A stretch of DNA of 64,000 bases, taken from assembly GCA_016214895.1 (NCBI GenBank), contig JACRMR010000020.1, positions 41,812 to 105,811 on the forward strand. Reading direction: 5' to 3'. Below the pieces are notes generated by a model, which worked only from the letters and a program-made list of their open reading frames with translations, ran no database searches and had not been told where the DNA came from. The position numbers and the translations under genes are program-made. Positions 59,556 through 64,000 of this stretch are shown here, piece after piece (position 1 is the stretch's first letter; each line of letters opens with the position of its first letter). This stretch comes from Candidatus Zhuqueibacterota bacterium. Its GTDB lineage: Bacteria > Electryoneota > RPQS01.

Positions 59556-60482
59556 ATGCGTATCCTGCTCGCCTATTCCGCGCTATGTCTGATCTGGGGC
59601 ACGACCTATCTTGCGCTCAAAGTTGCGCTGGAAGGCTTCGCGCCCTACTTTATGGGCGGCACGCGATTCCTGCTGGCCGGAATTCTGCTCCTGCCCTCGC
59701 TCTTTCGCCGGCAGGCGACGATGCCGGAGGATCGTCGCCAGTTGGGGTTGATCGCACTCAGCGGTCTGCTCATGCTCACGGGTGCGAACGGCCTCGTCAA
59801 CCTCTCCGAAGTCTATCTCGACTCCGGTCTGACTGCGCTCACCGTATCGACGGCACCCGTCTGGTCGGCATTGATTGGCGGCTGGTTCTTCTCGAAGGAC
59901 GAGCGCTTTGACAGATGGTCTGCGGTCGGCTGCGGCCTCGCCGTGCTTGGCATGGTCGTTCTGCATCACCATCGCCTGAATCCTGAGCACGTGGAATGGC
60001 CGGGCGTGATCGCGGCTTGCGCCGCGCCGGTATTCTGGTCGGTCGGATCATTGATCGCGCGCACGAAAGTCAAGACTCGCGATTTCCTCGTGGCCACGAC
60101 AATTCAGATGTTCGCGGCGTCCGTCGGCTTCTTCCTGATTTCGTTGCTGCTCGGCGAGTCGTGGCATCCGCAATTAACCGCGCGCGTAGTCAGCTCGATG
60201 CTCTACCTGATCGTCGTCGGTTCCGTCGTCGCCTATGCCACGTACGTGTGGCTGCTGAATCATCTCCCCGCCTCCCGCGTCGGCACCTACGCATATGTGA
60301 ATCCCATCATCGCCTTGATTGTCGGGCATCTGATTCTCAGCGAACCGATTCACAGCGAAGTTTATCCCGCGTCCCTGCTCATTCTCGGCGGTCTTGTGCT
60401 GATGTACTATATGCACACTCGCATCTCCGCCCGCGCTGCCGAAGGCTTTCGCCGAGCGGGGACTGCCTCCCCGCCGGAATGA
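59556..60482 (+). CDS. EamA/DMT family transporter
   Basis: IWGTTYL, RF..AG, YL...GS..AY..Y.WL, YAYVNP. Confidence 0.92.
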   Translation: MRILLAYSALCLIWGTTYLALKVALEGFAPYFMGGTRFLLAGILLLPSLFRRQATMPEDRRQLGLIALSGLLMLTGANGLVNLSEVYLDSGLTALTVSTAPVWSALIGGWFFSKDERFDRWSAVGCGLAVLGMVVLHHHRLNPEHVEWPGVIAACAAPVFWSVGSLIARTKVKTRDFLVATTIQMFAASVGFFLISLLLGESWHPQLTARVVSSMLYLIVVGSVVAYATYVWLLNHLPASRVGTYAYVNPIIALIVGHLILSEPIHSEVYPASLLILGGLVLMYYMHTRISARAAEGFRRAGTASPPE

Positions 60483-60583
60483 TACGTCCGCAGCGGCGTA
60501 TTTCCGGAGTGCTCCGACTTCGCCGAGCGAGGACTGCCTCCCTGCCGGAATCTGTCGCTGGGAGGCACTTGTCTCCATGTGCC
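60448..60583 (+). repeat. Cluster of REP-like hairpins at the eamA 3' end
   Basis: TTCGCCGA-GCGGGGA-CTGCC-TCCCCGC-CGGAAT, TTCGCCGA-GCGAGGA-CTGCC-TCCCTGC-CGGAATC, and GGCACTTG-TCTC-CATGTGCC. Confidence 0.8.
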
Positions 60584-60596
60584 CCCTGTTCTGCGA

Positions 60597-61976
60597 TCAC
60601 CCTGAGTGCCGTATCTGCTTGATTGCCTGCACGCACAGCGCCGCTCCCATCCCCACGAACGGCAGATAGAACGGAACCACTGGCAAGCGGAACCGCGCCA
60701 ACCCGCCCACGCCCACAATCAGCATGAAGTAGAGCGCGAACACCGCACACATTGTCAATACACGCGGCAGCCGACTCGCTCGTGTCTCCCAACAACCGCG
60801 AAGCGCCGCCGCGTAGCTGACGAATAGAAACAGCGCGGTGATCAGCGCGGCCAGTAACTCGGCCGCGCTTTTCTGTGTGCAGAACGCGGCAAGCTTGTTT
60901 CCCATCCCGTGCAAATCCCGCAGCGAAGTCACCGGCAGCCCGAACGATTTCACCAGATCGGCGGTCCCCAGATTCAGAAACGTGAACACCACGCCCTTCC
61001 CGTAAGCCGCCGCCATCGTCGCAGGCTCCCGCTGAACGTGGGTCAGTGCCGTGCGCTTCCAGTACTCCGCACGTTGAAATTCACTCAGCGTGGCGGGATC
61101 GTCGCCCGCGCTCAGCGCCAGCGAATCCACTTCCGCCATGAGGAGCCGCACCATCGTATCAAAATCCACGCCGCGCTTCGCCGCCTCAACCGGCGCGACG
61201 TTCAGCACCAGCAGATTATACGCGCCGGATGTGGAGAGCGCAAACTCACCGAACTGCTGCTGATTCCTCGCCAACCACGGCAGCAGGGCAATCAGAACAC
61301 CGCCGCACAGCACCGCGCACACAACGAGTCCGCGCCGCAACTCGCGCCGCAACAACACGAGCAGCGCGCCGCCGACCAGAATCGGCAAGTACTGGCCCAC
61401 CGGGCGAATCAAGGTGTCAACTCCAAGTGCCAGCCCCAGCAGCAGCGCATCGCGCCGGCGATAACCGCCGTCGATCAGTTCGACCGTCAGCCACAGTGCA
61501 ACCACCAGCACAAACACAAACAGTGTATCGCTGAGCAGCAGCGTACCGTACAGCAGCAGATGCGGATCCAGCGCGTAGAACCACGCCGACCAGGTCGCCG
61601 CCGCATCGCCGATCACTCGCCGCAGCGACCGGAACAACAGCGCACACGCGATGGCATCCAACAGCAGTTGCGCGAGCATCGCTGCCCAAGGCCGCTCGCC
61701 GGCGATTGCATAAATTCCGGCGACAAACAGCGGGTATCCCGGTGTGCGCAATGCATCCGGCTCCCGTTCAATTCCGCGCGTAAACTTACCGTGTGCCAGC
61801 AACGTGACCGCCAAATCGTGATAGCCGGGCGAATCGTTGTTGAGATCGAGCTGCTGCTTGGTTGTCAGGGTCCACGGATGCACCGCCACAAAGAACAGCA
61901 GTCGCGCCGCCAGGGCCACACAAAGGATGGTGAGCACAGCGCGAGTCGTCGATTGGGTAAGCGGGGTCGGTATCAT
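60597..61976 (-). CDS. GT-C membrane glycosyltransferase (ArnT/PMT, family 39-like); start uncertain (61976 or 62003)
   Basis: DS..Y...A, R.PGYP.F, LLSDTLF, L.RP, PW..RN, RFRLP; multi-TM. Confidence 0.82.
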   Translation of the reverse strand: MIPTPLTQSTTRAVLTILCVALAARLLFFVAVHPWTLTTKQQLDLNNDSPGYHDLAVTLLAHGKFTRGIEREPDALRTPGYPLFVAGIYAIAGERPWAAMLAQLLLDAIACALLFRSLRRVIGDAAATWSAWFYALDPHLLLYGTLLLSDTLFVFVLVVALWLTVELIDGGYRRRDALLLGLALGVDTLIRPVGQYLPILVGGALLVLLRRELRRGLVVCAVLCGGVLIALLPWLARNQQQFGEFALSTSGAYNLLVLNVAPVEAAKRGVDFDTMVRLLMAEVDSLALSAGDDPATLSEFQRAEYWKRTALTHVQREPATMAAAYGKGVVFTFLNLGTADLVKSFGLPVTSLRDLHGMGNKLAAFCTQKSAAELLAALITALFLFVSYAAALRGCWETRASRLPRVLTMCAVFALYFMLIVGVGGLARFRLPVVPFYLPFVGMGAALCVQAIKQIRHSG

Positions 61977-62017
61977 CTCGCGGACAAGATACGCAAATCT
62001 CATTGAAAATTCAACAG

Positions 62018-62046
62018 CAGAGACCCGCGGCAAGCGCGGGTCTCTG
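62018..62046 (-). terminator. Hairpin after the Reeler-like gene
   Basis: CAGAGACCCGCG-GCAAG-CGCGGGTCTCTG. Confidence 0.6.
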
Positions 62047-62072
62047 GAGTCATTTGCGCGGTCTGGAGGCGA

Positions 62073-63062
62073 TTACGGCTGATACGCCGTCACCGTGTAA
62101 AAGCCCGTCGCCATCGGCGCGGACGCATCCACGTAGGTCGAGTCCATGGTCGTCGTGATCAGATTGGAGGGGATGACTTGGACGTCTGGAGTAGGGGCGC
62201 GATATACCCGATATTCCGTCGCACCCGTAATCCCGTGCCACCGCAGCCGCGCCCCGGCCGCCGAGTAGTACACGTTCAAGTGTTGCGGCGCGGCGGGCGG
62301 CGTCCCCATCGTGAATCGCCACACCGGGCCGGGCGTCACACCGGACGCATTGCGTTCGTCGATCCGCCAGAAGTACGTGGTCGTCGGCGCCAGCGCATCC
62401 GGCGGATCCCACGTCGTCCCCGTTTGATTGGTCACCAGCGCCGGTGGATTGCTCGCGCCGAAATACACGTCGTGCGATTCCGCGCCTGCGCCCGCAGTCC
62501 AACTCAGGATAATCGGCTCACCGAGATTCGTCGCAAGATCGGTGGGGAGCGGATTAGACGCCGGATCGGGCAAGTTACTCGCGGCCTCACTCGAGATCAA
62601 CACCAGCGTGGTATTCTGGCCGCTGTAGCTGCCTTGCAGTGCGCCGCAGTAAAGTCGCACCGTGCCCGTTCCGGTAGCCGGTGCCTGCCAATTGAACGTG
62701 CCCGACGTGCGGTTGTTGCTCGAAAAGTGCACGCCGTTCGTCTCGCCGGACACATTGTACGTGGAAGTACTCGTACCCGCGGTGATCACTCCCGCATTGT
62801 TGGTCCCGGTTCCAATTCTGCAGGACGCGTTGAAATTCGAAATACTCGAACCGGACAATCGTTCGATGGTGAGCAAATAGCTCTGTCCCGGTACGTAGGC
62901 CGCGGGAAATCCGGAAATCTGCACGGTTCCACTACCACCGCCATGACAGGATGCGGCGCACGTCTGCCGACTTGGAGCGCCGGAGCGGCCGGTATAGTTT
63001 GCGTGCGAATAGCCGTCCGTAAAGAACAGACCCAGGGTCAAGCAGACGATGAAGACTCGCAT
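62073..63062 (-). CDS. Secreted Reeler/choice-of-anchor V-like protein with Fn3 domains
   Basis: Likely start MRVFIVC (signal peptide) at 63062; G.SGAP...TCAASCH, P..YVPG.SY, F.W.AP..G.GTV..Y; HDVYFG / TTYFWRIDE Fn3. Confidence 0.78.
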   Translation of the reverse strand: MRVFIVCLTLGLFFTDGYSHANYTGRSGAPSRQTCAASCHGGGSGTVQISGFPAAYVPGQSYLLTIERLSGSSISNFNASCRIGTGTNNAGVITAGTSTSTYNVSGETNGVHFSSNNRTSGTFNWQAPATGTGTVRLYCGALQGSYSGQNTTLVLISSEAASNLPDPASNPLPTDLATNLGEPIILSWTAGAGAESHDVYFGASNPPALVTNQTGTTWDPPDALAPTTTYFWRIDERNASGVTPGPVWRFTMGTPPAAPQHLNVYYSAAGARLRWHGITGATEYRVYRAPTPDVQVIPSNLITTTMDSTYVDASAPMATGFYTVTAYQP

Positions 63063-63546
63063 ATCCGGTGGCGGTGACGTAGTTGTCGGATGCCATCCGC
63101 ATCCGTTCGGCGGTTCGGGCGATGCAGCATCATCCGCCGCAATCCCGTAATAAGGAAGATAATCATTCTGATTCATGAATCAAGCGCAGGATCTGACGGT
63201 TTCGACACTGCGCGCAGGCTCGACATTGCACTATTCTTCACAAAATCAGTAATTCGGACAAAGCGAGTCCGGTTTGGGTTAGGTGCGAAATAAGCACTCC
63301 TGCACGGTATTGGCCTCCTCCGCCCCGTGATTCCAAGCGGGTCGAGCGGGCGCCTCATGTCCTACGGGTGGGCACCGGCAGCACCGAATCTCCGGCAAGC
63401 GCAAGCCTTCTGGGACGTCTTCTTCCAATGGCAGCGCGTCAAATTCAAACTATTCGCGTCACACCCCTTGACAAGCTCAGTTTTTTTCTACTACTACTAG
63501 TCCCCGTCCGATAACATGGTATGACTAACCCAAAGGGAGTTAAACC

Positions 63547-64000
63547 ATGAAGAACACTCATCTTGTCTTCGCGCGATTAGCGTTCGCCGTAATCGGAGTT
63601 GGTGCAATCCTCATCACCGAGGACGCTCGCGCACAGGGCTGCGGCTTTACCGCCGAACTTGCGGACTGCTTCTGCTCCGCTATCGCCGGCTGTCCAACAA
63701 ACGACGACAGCTGCGCGTCCAAACAATTCACACCGCCATGCACGGGCATGTACACACTGGCGGGATTGATTGACTGTGCTGATGACGATTGCGAGGACTA
63801 CAACTTCTGCATCAGTATCTACAACGGCGCAACGCCGGTCTATTCATGCGTGGTGGGACCGACTTGCGATTGTGCCGAGACCTGCGGCGGCGGCGTAGGT
63901 CAAGTCTGCTTGACCGGAAACACAAGGTATTCACTTTACGTCTGCCTGACTCCATGTGACATTAGTGGCCAATGTCCTCCGAGTTCAGGGGAGTGTTGTG
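63547..64000 (+). CDS. Cys-rich secreted protein, 3' truncated (absent from the ORF track)
   Basis: AAGGGAG RBS; ATG 63547 open to the window end: MKNTHLVFARLAFAVIGVGAILITEDARA-QGCGF...; 19 Cys in 151 codons; TTGACA at 63468. Confidence 0.78.
   Translation, partial: MKNTHLVFARLAFAVIGVGAILITEDARAQGCGFTAELADCFCSAIAGCPTNDDSCASKQFTPPCTGMYTLAGLIDCADDDCEDYNFCISIYNGATPVYSCVVGPTCDCAETCGGGVGQVCLTGNTRYSLYVCLTPCDISGQCPPSSGECC

Noticed and set aside
63063..63176. Upstream start MNQND for the Reeler-like gene
   Set aside because: The 38-aa extension precedes a clear signal peptide starting at 63062.

Overview
High-GC (~62%) bacterial chromosomal region, probably from a non-Bacteroidota FCB-group lineage (inferred from four secreted proteins ending in a YPNPFN-type Por/T9SS-A-like C-terminal domain). 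It carries housekeeping blocks (argF, yhaM-eno-ftsB, a complete tol-pal operon, lipA-iscA, ispH-dxs-ccsA-resB-nifU-like, ispG, spmAB, ettA, a marR-yceI-mhqO-mhqD-like locus) interleaved with large secreted proteins. No rRNA, tRNA, CRISPR array or transposase was seen. Most interesting observations: (1) a candidate extracellular maturation system: a gingipain-like C25 protein lacking the canonical catalytic His, divergently transcribed from a 2434-aa modular polyprotein whose three linkers share an R-x4-[PTS]-L-D-[DE] motif also found in a BNR-repeat protein; (2) a second Fn3-like C-terminal domain shared by two unrelated secreted proteins; (3) a low-GC two-gene insert encoding a CBS-HEPN protein and a DinD/Bro-N protein; (4) a dispersed REP-like hairpin family with conserved flanks and co-varying stems; (5) a stand-alone B3-like domain, a SWIB protein with RKP repeats, and a truncated 19-Cys secreted protein missing from the ORF track. 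All family calls come from motif recognition by eye; no database searches were run.
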